Assembly: GCF_006345805.1 (NCBI RefSeq)
Contig: NC_043015.1
Coordinates: 25,668,001 to 25,732,000 of the forward strand
Direction: 5' to 3'
DNA from: Octopus sinensis
Taxonomy: Eukaryota
Length of the DNA: 64,000 nt
Below, piece after piece: positions 13,901 to 26,674 of the stretch. Numbering within the stretch: position 1 is the first letter of the stretch; each line of letters starts with the position of its first letter. The notes beneath the pieces were generated by a model. That model was not told the DNA's origin. It did no database searches and saw nothing but the letters and a program-made list of their open reading frames with translations. The position numbers and the translations under genes were made by a program.

Positions 13901-16029
13901 TATATCTTTAAAACCTATTACAAAGTTGGCAGCAATACACACTTCCCCCAAAATAACTCTGCTAAGAACAGCTCACGTCTTGCTGAAGACAACCAATTTA
14001 AGAGAATAACTCAAACAGAACAATCTTTACACGCCACTCTATTGAGCAAGCGACTTATAATCTAAAGCCACAAATCTCGTATCATACATATTCTATGTAA
14101 GATTAAGGCGTGATATAAACTATAAACTAACACTACATACGCTAATATCATAAGAAACACAAAAAACTAAACTTCCTAACAAAATAAACTGGCGTAGTAA
14201 ACCAACAGGAGGATCTATACCAAGCCAATGCTCACAAAAATAAGAACACAATGCTGCACATACGTAAGGAGCACGGAGGTGCAACAGCTGGTGCTGCAGA
14301 AACTCGCATGTAATTACAGAAGGAACATATTTCAAAATAATTATAATATTGATGATAATGACGAGGACGATGATGATGATGAAGAGGAGGGGTGCAATAG
14401 GAAGAAGATTTCGCTTAAACGCCATCAAAAAGACAGGTTATAATCTGCTGTGTGAAGAGGAATAACAATGGAGGTTTAAAGATGAGATGAAATGAATACG
14501 TACAATACAAATATATGAGTAAATGGATGATATATAAACATCCGGATATAGGAGAACCTTTAGGCCAACGAAGGAACCTGAAAATTCACATTGGCCTCAA
14601 AAATTAAGGATTCAAACAAATGATATTCTCCAATCAACAGGGATGCCCTTAGGTTCGTTTTATTCACCTGAAAAATTTACTTCATATTCATCCACCATTT
14701 GATTAATTCCCTGGTGGAGACATTCGCCATTCCAGCATCACGTACAATTCCAACTGGAATCTGAAAAACTCGATCGACTTTTGACTGAAGAGGAGAGTAT
14801 CTATCCTCAATCCATTCAACCGCGTCCAGTACGCATGCACATTCGCCATAGACACTGGATAGAGGAAAACTGCTTTCTCTTTTAATGAAAGGCAGCGAAG
14901 TAGTTTTCAAGATTGAATCTATTCAGAAGATCACCTTACAGTTCTTCAGTCTTCCGAGATATATAAAATAATTCACCAGTCAAGTACTGGAGTCAATGTA
15001 TTCGACCAACCCTCACTCTTCAAAAATATTTGCTGCAAGCCTACAGTTGTAATCAGTAGTATCATCATAATACACTGGTACATCACGTGTTGTGCTTATG
15101 CTTCAGTTGATGGATTACATTTTGTCCTATTTTAAAGCAGAATTAATATTTATGTGTCGCATTGCGCGGAATTTGTGTAAAAAGTGGTGAGGATCTTGTG
15201 TGAATGTCTATTTCGTTTTTGCTGTTACATATACATACAAACACATTTTGGATAAATTTCACCAATCTAGCTAGCTTTCAGTAAGCCATGTCGGACACGG
15301 AAACTCACAAGAGAGATAAAAACCTGATTGTTTTCCTTCTAATGTAAAGTAAAAACATACAAAGAGAAAACATTGCTTAAAACAAAATACTAAATCGTTT
15401 AAAAAATAATGAAAGTTCTTGCCGTAAAAGTAATCTAAGTGTTATTAATGACTTGGTTATTGACAGCAGCAAAGGCATTAACAGAAAAAACACAACGACA
15501 AAATTCGCACATTCACAGACACAAACGCAAGCGAATGTGTTTCGAATCTAAGTTAAACACAATTTTCCATGAATATTCTCCAGATTAACAAAAAAAATCG
15601 CGTGAGACATTTTGATAAAAGGACATCAATAAGTTTGGACACCCCTCAGCTAAATCAAATTACAGAGTATCAATAACAAACTATATTACTAGAGCCAGGG
15701 TTCACTTATAGCCACATCCATCACTGAGATAATGACCGAAAGAAATCTGTCCTCGGAAGTGAGTGGTGATATGGTGCAGAATGCATTATGATCAGAACTG
15801 ACGGGGAGAAGGTAACGCGGAACCTAACCTGTTTCTACAGAATATACATGCATTTTTGAAAGGGGAAATGTTGGTATTAATAGGGAATAATGCCAGCGAT
15901 ATTTTTGGAAGACATGAACAAAATGCCCTTTACACATTTACACTTTGCCAAATTTGGATGTAAGGCTAGTTTCATCATATTTTGTAGTCATAACTTACAA
16001 AAGAAAACTTTGGACACGGAACATTGAAA

Positions 16030-16700
16030 CGAAAGAACATCAACTATATAGCACGTGGTGCACCTTGTCGACTACCACTAGGTCCGGTCTGTTATGCTCC
16101 AGCATCTCATCTGTTTTGATTAGGAAATCCCAGAGGATTGTGTTAGCCTCCGACTCCGCCACTCAGCGATTTGTGCTCATACCACTTCTTGCCTCTCTCT
16201 ATCCCCCACTTTTCGCACAATTTCCAATGTAGCATCTCGCTATCTGATCATGTCGACATAACTTGTAGTGGTTTTGGGCAATTCTAGGGCATTCATTTGT
16301 GATATGGGCAATGGTTTCATCCACTATTACATATGTGACACAGCAGAGACACTTGCTCATTCCAAAGGTTGACCCTCCAGTTCATGGCCAAAGCTTGGTC
16401 TTACGCTGCCAGTATAGTGTTCTCGGTCTTACTTTTTAGAGTTCCTTTCTTCACCCAATGCCACCTATTTTTTCCAGCAACTTCTCTTTTGGCAACATGG
16501 AATTGTTCCTTGTCGAGTAATTCTTCTTTGTGTCATTTTAGTACTTTTGCCTTCGTTTTTCCTTTTTTTTTTATTTGCTTTAAAAACTCTCTCCTTCCTA
16601 ACTGACACAAGCAAGGTTCCTCTCTTGATTTTCACCTCCACTAATACTTGATCCACTGCTGTAAATTCCATACTCCACTATTTCATACTGTGCCATGCAA
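16030..16700 (-). mobile_element. R4/Dong-like RLE LINE fragment
   Basis: Manual translation across frameshifts: KTENTILAA*DQAL, DETIAHITNECPRIAQNHYKLCRHDQIA, HWKLCEKWG..WYEH, ILWDFLIKTDEMLEHNRPDLVVVDK. Confidence 0.8.
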
Positions 16701-16704
16701 GGCT

Positions 16705-17040
16705 TTTCATTATTATTGTGTTTTTCTTTTAATCTGCGTGTTTGTTAGAATCACATGCCGAGACACACCCAGCGTCCTAGGGTGAGTAAAGGATAAGAGA
16801 TGTTACAGTATGATTGAAAGCTTGCGGAGGGGAAGTGGCAGGAGCAGTCGTGAATTATCTTTATGTAATACAACACAGACATTTAAATGGATAGGGTTTT
16901 TCTAAGGATGTCAGCACAAACTTTTGGATTTCTCTTAGTCATGGTTCTCATGGGATATTATCTAGATGTTTCTGACATCCCTTTCTTATACCTAGGACAC
17001 CAACAATAGCAGGAATAGTTCTCGCTTGAAGGTGTCACAT
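16705..17040 (-). mobile_element. R4-like LINE extreme 3' end with 3' UTR
   Basis: IPAIVGVLG...ADILRKTLSI C-terminus, then a UTR ending in a short (AAT)n run. Confidence 0.7.
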
Positions 17041-17044
17041 ATTT

Positions 17045-17383
17045 CTGCCGAGGTCAACTTTGCCTTTCATTCTTTCGGGGTCGATAAATTAAGTACCAGT
17101 GAAAAGACTGGGGTCGTTGTAATCGACTAGTGCCCTCCCTCAAAATTTGAGGCCTTCTGCCCCCAGTAGAAAGGATTTTTATTATTGTTATCATTAATAT
17201 TATTAAGTGGGTGAACTGGCAAAATCGTTATCCCGTCGCTACGTTCTGAGTTCAAATTCCCCCGATGTCGACTTTGCTTTTTATTCTTTCGAGGTCGATC
17301 AAATAAATACCAGTTGAGTACTTGGTTCGATGTAATTGATACACCCCTCCTCCAAATTTCAGTCCTTGTGCCTATAGTAGAAT

Positions 17384-17385
<2 letters not shown>
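17045..17385 (+). mobile_element. Two adjacent SINE copies followed by (ATT)n
   Basis: GAGGTCAACTTTGCCTTTCATTCTTTCGGGGTCGAT at about 17050 and GAGTTCAAATTCCCCCGATGTCGAC at about 17248. Confidence 0.8.
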
Positions 17386-17468
<83 letters not shown>

Positions 17469-18334
17469 CATTATTATTATTATTAAGATCATTATCTTTA
17501 TTACCGCCACCAACGTCATCTCTGTTCTCATCTCCTCAACCGCCACCATCATCATCATCATCATCATCGTCATCATTCTTCCGCACAGCCTTATGTACCT
17601 GAGGCACAAATAGAAATCGCATGAAAAGCCATTAATTTTTCAATCTTCCCTGAATCTATTTCACATTAAACGTAGTAATTTAGTTACTGAGCACCCCACC
17701 AACACCATCACTGCCCTCCTCCCATATCATTCACTACTGTCATTACAACCACCAGCACCGCTGCCACCCCACCAAAAAATAACACAATAGCACCACCAAC
17801 GTTAGCAGAACCATCACCTTCATCACGATTATCCACCACCATTACCACCACCACCAATGCGATATTTCTACTACTCTCAATTGCACCGTCATCATTATCA
17901 TCATCTTTATCAACGCTTTCCGTCACCATCAGATGATGATCATCATAATCATCACTGCACTCTCCAGCATCACATTTGCAGTCGCTATGTCCTTCAACCC
18001 TCGCTATCACTATTATCCCCATCACTGACATACTCACCATCACTATTAGTCCTACCACCACCACCATGGCCTTTTTTACAGATCACTACGCCTCCTCCAC
18101 GCTAATCCCATCTGCATCATTTCTCCCTTTTCCATTCTCTTCTTAGCCCCACCTCATTTATTTCTCCACCTTTCTTACCCCCCCTCTTATCTTCCCATCT
18201 AATCATTGCCCATTTCTTCTCCTGACTTCATTTCTCGTCCATCTTCTTCACTTATGTTTTGTTTTCTCTTCCTTTCCATTCACTTCTTTCCTTTCTCATG
18301 TCTCCCTTTTCTCTCCCCTCACTTCTCTAACCCG

Positions 18335-18870
18335 CCTGGTACTTAATTTATCGACCTCGATAGGATGAAAGGCAAAGTCGACATCGGTATGATTTGAACT
18401 CAGAACGTAATGACAGACGAAATACCGATAAGCATTTCGCCTGCCACGCTCATGATTCTGCCAGCTCGACGCCTTCTCAATAATAATAATAATGATAATG
18501 GTTTCACATTTTGCCCCAAGACAGTAATTTTAAGGGAAGGGATGAGTCGATTACATCAACCTCGGTGTTCAACTGGTACTTATTTTGTCGACCCCGAAAG
18601 GATGAAAGGCAAGTCGATCTCGGCAAAATTTGAACTCAGAACTTAGGGACGAAATACCTATTTCTTTACTACCCACAAGGGGCTAAACACAGAGCGGACA
18701 AACAAGGACAGACAAACGGATTAACTCGAATGTATCAACCCCAGTGCGTAACTGGTACTTATTTAATCGACCCCGAAAGGATGAAAGGCAAAGTCGACCT
18801 CGGTGAAGCGCCAGGCGAAATACCACTAAGCTTTTCGTCCGACGCGCAAACGATTCTACCAGCTCGTCAC
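18335..18870 (-). mobile_element. Cluster of three SINE copies/fragments
   Basis: ATCGACC(T/C)CGAAAGGATGAAAGGCAAAGTCGA core repeated near 18350, 18590 and 18770. Confidence 0.85.
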
Positions 18871-18909
18871 CTTAAAAAAAAAAAAAAAATAATAATAATA
18901 ATAATAATA

Positions 18910-18949
<40 letters not shown>

Positions 18950-19827
18950 ATTATTATTATTATATATATATAGTGACTTGTAGGTCTTTGCTTTCTGAAC
19001 AAGGCACATGTAGGTTATTATGTGCAAATGCTAAAGTTGAAAGTTGTATTCCAAAATATACGCGCACAAACACACATGTATATACATAAATACTTGCGTA
19101 AGAATAGATATGTATCTACATACGCACGCATACATACATATTTACACACACTCACATACCCATGTATATAATGCATGTATATATGTGTACATGTGCTTTT
19201 TACATGAATTGTGCCAGACAACGCAATCGAATAATTATAACATATATTAAGTGTGGATTACCGTGCGTCATTTTGTATACATACACGAGTGTATATGTGT
19301 ATATGTATGTGCGTGAGAAAGAAAGAGAGAGACAAATAGAGAGGAAGAGAGAGTGCGTGTGCGTGAGTGTGTATTTGCGAGTGCCTGTGAGTCTGTGTTG
19401 AAAGGAATCTACGTAAGTATGCAAAATTTATGTATTAAAATATTAAAGTATTTAAGAACCAAGTAAGTGAAAGAGGATAAATAAACCAATCTAAGCCATA
19501 AAGATGGTGTAATTTTGTATATAAGAGAGTCCTCATAACGCTTCTTATTAGCATAATGCTAAGGTGGTCATGCTAAAACTATTCAACAATGAACTTATAA
19601 TTCAAATATCATCCGAGAAAGGGTACACGTTTTCTATTGAATCAAACCAAAGTTTAACGGCTAAGGAAATAAGATAAATATTTCTATATGGGGTAAACTT
19701 AGTTAAAAACTTTGAAAAAAGTATATTTATATAAAAAAAAATTATCAGCAATATGAAAAAATCGGGAAAAGGTATAAGAATACCACATATATCTATGTAG
19801 AAATATCATATGTACATATATACCTAT

Positions 19828-19913
<86 letters not shown>

Positions 19914-20684
19914 TCCATATATGTACATACACACACATACATATACATATATCCATATATGTACATAAAAGCATATATACATATGTACATAAAATGATAT
20001 AGTACAATTATAAATATAAACGTAAATAAATATAAACACCATATTGTACTATATTATAACATGATTATTATGGAAGTTAGAAACCCCTTCACAATCCATG
20101 ATTACACTAGTACATATGAGGGTACGCAGAGGTATAAAATGCAATAATATAAGATAAAAGGATAAATAAAATAAAGTAAAAAATACATAAAAGGTAAAAT
20201 AGTTTTGTATAAAATTCCAATAAAGAATGAATTGATAAAATGAAAAAATCGTAAAATGTATACCGGATATAAAAATTAAAGGTAAAAGATAAGAATAAGT
20301 TAAGGTAGTCATCACGAAAAGTAATTGAAAATTAAGATGAAATAAAATAGAGATAGCATTGTAAATGGTTTTAAAAAATATTTAAAAGATATATTACAGA
20401 CACAGATATGTGTAAAATCATAACAGTTCATAAGGAGTATTTAATATACTTAAGTGAAGATTAAGATCTGGTAATCCACTTTAGATATACGTCTTTTGAC
20501 AGGTAAGGGAAGAAAGTATTTGAACCAAAAGTGGAAATAGGGAAGTATAAGTATAGGAAGAATGCAGATTAAACAGGTAGGGGCTATAAGAGGGCAACAT
20601 TATGTACTATTCCATACAATAGAAGTCATGTTATGAAAGATATGACACCCCAGGTACTTTCTGCCACGAAATCATAGTATTTTA

Positions 20685-21065
20685 TTTGTTTCTGAAGGTT
20701 CGGGTGATCCTATGTACAGAAGACACTCTAAGGTCCAATTTATTATTAATTAGGTTTTTCTTATATATATACTTGAAAATTTCCATACAACATAGTTCGC
20801 ATCCATATCTTTGTATGGCTGAGTTCCACGATATATATTCCATTTAAGTCTAAATTTGGTATTGATATTCTTAAGTTCCAGATTTTACCAGGTAATGATG
20901 TACTGTTGGCTTTATGTCTAAGTATAAGAGATGAAAAATGGTTATTAAGGCACTTCTGCATATTTATCGAGCACCCGATGTAAATAAAATTTCAATCATT
21001 ACTGTACCTTTGTAAACAACGATCTAATAACGGGCATTGGGATCTTACCCTACAATTGCAGCTGC
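20685..21065 (-). mobile_element. Older relic of the Cys-rich GIY-YIG endonuclease of the 47-57 kb PLE family
   Basis: SCNCRVRSQCPLLDRC, YIGCS, LRHKANSTSLPGKIW and GCELCCMEI align with CNCRCASECPLQGAC, YIGCS, HRHKANSTSLSKRIW and GCQLCCVEL of the intact ORF. Confidence 0.85.
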
Positions 21066-21069
21066 GGAT

Positions 21070-21660
21070 ATTATTGCTATTATCACCATCATATTGTCTT
21101 TCCATAGCTTCTAACGTTGGAGATGTACTACGGTGTCAACTGTTCATCACCAGCAACGCCTATTATTTTTCGAGCACTATCCGGAGTATTCGAGCGGTTC
21201 CAAGCAGTGCTGTTTTCTGCAAGTACTCCACACTTATTGCAGCCCCTATTTGCTCTGTCAAGTCCATACTTGTTGCTAAGTCTCCAATAGACAATCTTTG
21301 CTATATTGTCGTGACGTCTCTTATATATTTTGGGGGGCTAGTGGCGTACATTCACTGGTAATATGCCATACGGTTTCACCATTTTGTTCACAAATTCTGT
21401 ACTTATCACTTTCTGATGTGTTGTCTATTCTGAATTTGATGTAATTCGTTCTTAACGTTTGCTCTAGGGCAGCACAGATTAGAGTCCCCGTTTCCGGTTT
21501 TAAAACACTTTTAGTCCTCCATAGCCATCTTTTCTACCTGTCTTACCTTCAATATCCCTATGAAATTGTCCATGCATTCTTTACTTTATCCACCTATTTT
21601 AAGTTTCATTCATTCTCAAGTGCTTGTACAGTGCTTTATCTTTGCAATTTTCCATCCTAC
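21070..21660 (-). mobile_element. R4/Dong-like LINE 3' fragment with internal deletion
   Basis: MHGQFHRDIEG, LKPETGTLICAALEQTLRTNYIK, ETVWHITSEC, RHDNIAKIVYW, then joined directly to LQKTALLGTARILRIVLEK*. Confidence 0.85.
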
Positions 21661-21664
21661 ACAA

Positions 21665-22080
21665 GCCTGATCTTCTTACTTCCAATAATAGCGTTTTTGT
21701 GGCATAGGGTTTTCCAGCATCTACGAGCTTGAGCCAGGGTAGCACTACCTACTCCAGGTACTTGAGCCAGGGTAGCACTACCTACTCCAGGTACTTGATG
21801 CAGGCTCCCATGTTGAGTTTGAAGTGGTGTGTGAAAATGAATGGAGGCATAAAGTCGCCATCACTAGTGATCCCTCCAAACACAGTTATGTTGACTGGAG
21901 GTTTGATTTTTATCCCTTTCGGTGCATGTCTTCAGATTGACACCCAAATACTCCGAAATGTTCCTTCTGGAGCGTCCGGCGCGAATGTCAAGCAGTACAG
22001 CATGTCGTTTCCAAATTTTCGGCAGAGTGAATAGTATAATGGTGCTGTTTTTATCACACGACGCCTAACTGACCCTACTA
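21665..22080 (-). mobile_element. Tc1/mariner-superfamily transposase fragment
   Basis: KPPVNITVFGGITSDGDFMPPFIF...IKYLE*VVLPWL; contains a 33-bp tandem duplication at 21728-21793. Confidence 0.75.
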
Positions 22081-22197
22081 TATTGTGTAGTCGACAAAAT
22101 CAAAAACAAACAATGCACATGGGTAAAATTAGAAATATAAAATGGTAACAATTTACACATCGCACCTGTGTATGTCTGTGTGTGTATATATATATAA

Positions 22198-22640
22198 ACT
22201 AGCAGAGATACCCAGTGTTGCCCGTGTAACATCGAATTGAAGAATTTCTTTTATATCTTTACTAATGAACTGGAAATCAACGATTCGAATTTCAAAATTA
22301 GTGGTTAAGAATTTCAATAGGGGTTCTTTCCCTCTTTACACAAAAATTCTAATCATAACATATTTATCCCATACTATTCTTTATGCCCGGATTCCAAAAT
22401 CCAAATCTTGTAAAACCCATTTAAAGGTGAAAAATGGAGCACAGGGAGCTCTAAAAGTGGGAGTTAAGGCTCTTATTAGGGGGTCTTTAAGTCAACCAGA
22501 GAAGCTGAATTGATGGGAATCTTTTGACTTGTGTCTTATACCTATTGCTGAAATTTCTTTGAAATCGAAAATATATGAAGGTTCACTGGGCTTGTAAAAG
22601 AGAGCAAAGTTAGGGGAAACCAAAAGACGAATGATTACAA
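22198..22640 (+). mobile_element. Possible Helentron/HINE-like non-autonomous element
   Basis: Starts ACTAGCAGAGATACCCAGTGTTGCCCG right after (TA)n, resembling HINE/DINE-1-type termini; right boundary uncertain. Confidence 0.4.
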
Positions 22641-22818
22641 TAAGCACACAGCTACCCGAACCTAGTCGTTACCACCCACCAATGTAGGATTCCTCACTAA
22701 ACAGGTGACGGGTACAGCTGTAAGGTGCATTACGGATCTATAGCAATTGAAAGCGCGTGACCCAGGTCAAATAAACATTAACGAAAGTGTGATGTGAGGG
22801 CTAAGGAGGAATGAAAGA

Positions 22819-22871
22819 ATGAGCCGATTACATGACCCCAGTTGAATACTGGGGTCATGTAATCGGCTCAT
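22819..22871. repeat. Perfect 24-bp hairpin (5-nt loop) built from SINE sequence
   Basis: ATGAGCCGATTACATGACCCCAGT-TGAAT-ACTGGGGTCATGTAATCGGCTCAT. Confidence 0.95.
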
Positions 22872-22999
22872 CCACTCGCCCAAAACTACTGCCCTTGTAA
22901 CAAAATTTGGAACCATTATTATTATAACCATATGAGAATTATAACACGTTATAACCAAGTGCACACGCACACGCAAACACAATAATCCATTGAGAAACT

Positions 23000-23400
23000 T
23001 GGTACATTTCCCACATTCCGGTAAGATTTTTCAAAATCCAGTTTTGTATTTCTAATTGCTTAGGTCCCTAGCAACGAAAAATATGCCTGGCATTGTCGAG
23101 TAGAATTGAATTTAAGTGCTTTCATTTTCTCTGTCCTCGATGATGTCACACAGTACATGTTATGTACTGTGTGTGCGTATCTCCAGTTGTTTGTACATAA
23201 AGAAAGGAGAATATACCGTATGAGGAAGTTGCTGCCCCCACACTCACGAGTTTTCTTCAGTCATTATTCTCCGATGGTTTTGGAATTGTGTCCAAATTTT
23301 TGGTAAGGATTTGAGAAATTACGTAGTTGTTTCAGGCAAGACAAGGTTTGATGCCAACAGTAGCTTCTGAATTGTCCATTGTGTAGATGTTTTTGTTTGT
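23000..23400 (-). pseudogene. Possible leucine-rich-repeat coding relic
   Basis: Manual translation with stops: [12 protein letters not shown] and KHLNSILLDNARHIFRC*GPKQLEIQNWI (LRRCT-like). Confidence 0.25.
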
Positions 23401-23424
23401 ATGTGTACGCGTGCGTGCGTATAT

Positions 23425-23526
<102 letters not shown>

Positions 23527-23751
23527 GTGTGTGTGTGTATGTGTGTGTATGTGTGTGTATGTGTATGTGTGTGTGTGTGTGTGCAATAATCAAAAGATCT
23601 CCTCTTCTCAACAAAACAAAGTATTTTCTGTTTATATAAAATGCGGAAGTAATTTACTGTGTATTACCTTGATGAGTTCGATTGAACGAAAGAAAGCGCT
23701 AATTGACTGTCTCCTCCTTCTTAATGTACAATATCTGTACACCACTTTAAA

Positions 23752-23785
<34 letters not shown>

Positions 23786-24079
23786 CTATATAAGAACGTG
23801 TTAGAGTACAGTATAGAGCTCGTCCACCTTCAGAACAGACCAGTATAGGAAATATTCCTATATGCTTCAAACGATAAAATTGGGCTTTATATTATATTTA
23901 CACACACACGATATATTTATACAAACAGAAACATAGATACATACATATAAGTATATATATATACTCATATACACATACATATATGAACGCATACACATAC
24001 ATATCTCTATACTTGCATACATATATATATATGCATAATTCAGGGTAGCATTACACAAGTTCATCATCAACAACAGCAG

Positions 24080-24700
24080 GAGATGTCTTCAAAATTCTCA
24101 ATTGTGTCTGTTTCTGTACATGATGGCTGCCCCCTCGTTATCGAGTATGGCCATTGCACGAGGTGCTAAGACCTTTACTGGCAATAGTCAGCTGAGCTGT
24201 AGTTGAAACTGGGCTTCATATACTTTTGGTATATTGTTTAAGTTCTCCTGCTGAATCACACTCCCTTCCACATGTCTGACAGATATGATTAGCTTGGTGT
24301 GTAGCACCACCACCAAGAGCGGCCTGGTAGTCAATCACCGGTCTCGCTTTATGGCTACGAAGATGACTCTTGAGTCCAGCTTTACTGAGGCAGGGTCTTG
24401 CACAGACACTGCTTGTCACCGTCATAGGAAGACTTTTACCATCTGGAAGTGCAACAGCGATGCCCTTCCTAACATCCCTCTTTACTTTCTCATGCGCAAC
24501 TCGAGATTTCTCAAAAATAGCTGTCCCCTCATGTACAATCCTTCTCCACCTGCTCTGGTCAATAGCTATGCCCTCCCATGTGTCAGGAGAGATACTAGCA
24601 TCTTTCAAGGCAGCCTTCAGCAAGTCATTAGACCACTTTTTAGGTTAATGTGGAAGGTCTTTCTCCTTTAGCTAACTCTCCATAAAAGAGTTATTTTGGC
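24080..24700 (-). mobile_element. RTE (BovB-like) LINE 3' fragment
   Basis: Track ORF 24216-24623: LKAALKDASISPDTWEGIAIDQSRWR...CARPCLSKAGLKSHLRSH (C-terminal C2H2-like motif). Confidence 0.85.
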
Positions 24701-24712
24701 ATCCTTGTCTTT

Positions 24713-25186
24713 CATATACGCGTGTTTCGGAATTAGATCGGTATAAAGAATATAGAATTATACTTTACCCAATCATTTTCGTTCATCAGCATGGGATTCC
24801 AACAATATTAAATAATAAATATTAAATTCGAAGGCACTGGAAAAATTGAATATATCTCTCCACCTAACGGTATGAGACATATCATATTCAGTGTTAGTGC
24901 CGCCGAATTCAAAATACGAATGAGGTTCATCACCTTCCCCTGCCCATCAGCGCGTGTCGTCAAGTAAGATACTACAGAAAAAAAACTGTAGTTTGTTATC
25001 AGGGAGAAAAGTCCTATTATCAATAATAACAAAGGGTAAAATTAATTAATTAAGAAGTAATCAATAATTTCACCAAGTAGAACTCGGCATGAAAAAAGAC
25101 CATTTCACGGTAAACTTAAGTAATGGTTGGGTAAAGTATAATTCTATATTCTTTATACCGATCTAATTCCGAAACGCGCGTACATG
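24713..25186. mobile_element. MITE-like element with about 65-bp near-perfect inverted termini
   Basis: 24713-24777 (TACGCGTGTTTCGGAATTAGATCGGTATAAAGAATATAGAATTATACTTTACCCAATCATT) versus the reverse complement of 25122-25186, about 3 mismatches. Confidence 0.8.
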
Positions 25187-25375
25187 GGTAACCAGATATG
25201 GATTGATTTTCGTTATTTTTCCTCTCTGCCTGCGTAGATTGTTTTCAAGTATTTTGTTTTTTCTGGGAGTCCCTTTTTAAAGTAGAAGAAATAACTAAGG
25301 TTTTTTGACTGCTATTTCTAAACTTCGGTATGTGGTAAAGCAAATCTTTGCTGAACCCTAATTATAAAGTATACT

Positions 25376-25725
25376 CTCTCTTTTACTCTTTTACTTGTTT
25401 CAGTCATTTGACTGCTGCCATGCTGGAGCACCGCCTTTGGTCAAGCAAATCGACCCCGGGACTTATTCTGTGTAAGCCCAGTACTTATTCTATTGGTCTC
25501 TTTTGCCGAACCGCTAGGTGACGGGGACGTAAACACACCAGCATCGGTTGTCAAGCAATGCTAGAGGAACAAACACAGACACACAAACATATACACACAC
25601 ATACATATATATATATACATATACACGACAGGCTTCTTTCAGTTTCCGTCTATAGCAAAAGACACTTGCCCAAGATGCCGGAACCATGTGGTTGGTTAGC
25701 AAGCTATTTACCACACAGCCACTTC
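25376..25725 (-). mobile_element. tRNA-derived SINE (same family as 4568)
   Basis: Reverse complement of the tail (CTTTTACTTGTTTCAGTCATTTGACTG...GCTGGAGCACC) through to the head (GGAACCATGTGGTTGG...CCACACAGCC). Confidence 0.88.
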
Positions 25726-26583
25726 TATATATATATATATAAATGTATAGCTTTATGCATATATACTTGATTCCGTACCCACATACGCGCACACACATGC
25801 GTATAGATAGATAAACTGATAGTGAGTTAGATTGATCACTGTACCACGAATATACCTATATATGCACAAATATCAACTTGGCTGTCAGTCCAACTATCTT
25901 CATGTATATGTATCTCAGTGTGTAAAGATGTGTATGTTTGATTAGCTGTACGAATGAGACACATATGGGATTTAAGAGTTTTTATTTAAAGATTATTATG
26001 CAGAGTTCATCAAGAGAAAATACACAATGTGTAAACAGAAACAGAAAAAAGCTGACGCCACACAAAAAAAAAACAAGTAATGTAAAATTAATTTTAAATT
26101 AAAACTTCTGAAATTGCTATTCTCAGTTGTGAGTTTTCCATTTCTGAATCAACGAGAACGGAACCAACCAAACTCTTATTTAAGTATGAACACATGATGA
26201 TGCATACATAGTGTTCATATCCTCTATGTAGTGTTCACCAACATAAAGAATATTCTTTATGCACCACAGATGATCCGCCATCAAGACTGGTCAGCGAAAT
26301 ATCTTAGAATGCTGAGACGAAAGACTAACTGCACATCGTTTAGATTCACGATAGCATTACTTATCTTGGTTGGTATTACACAATAACTCGAGGTTGTTTG
26401 GAATTATTCCAGAAGGTATTTTGAAACATTTCAACAAACGTTCCCATGTATGATTGCAAAACAATTCGTTGAATGTAAAATCCAGGTCAACAGAAGAAAA
26501 GCGTTATGTCTTGACTGGATCTTGAAACCGTTAACTCTGAAGGTGTCCGGCTTTAAACTTTAACAAATTTTTAAGCATTTCCA

Positions 26584-26584
26584 A

Positions 26585-26667
<83 letters not shown>

Positions 26668-26674
26668 AAGAGAG
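26584..26674. repeat. (GA)n microsatellite
   Basis: Direct sequence. Confidence 0.95.
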
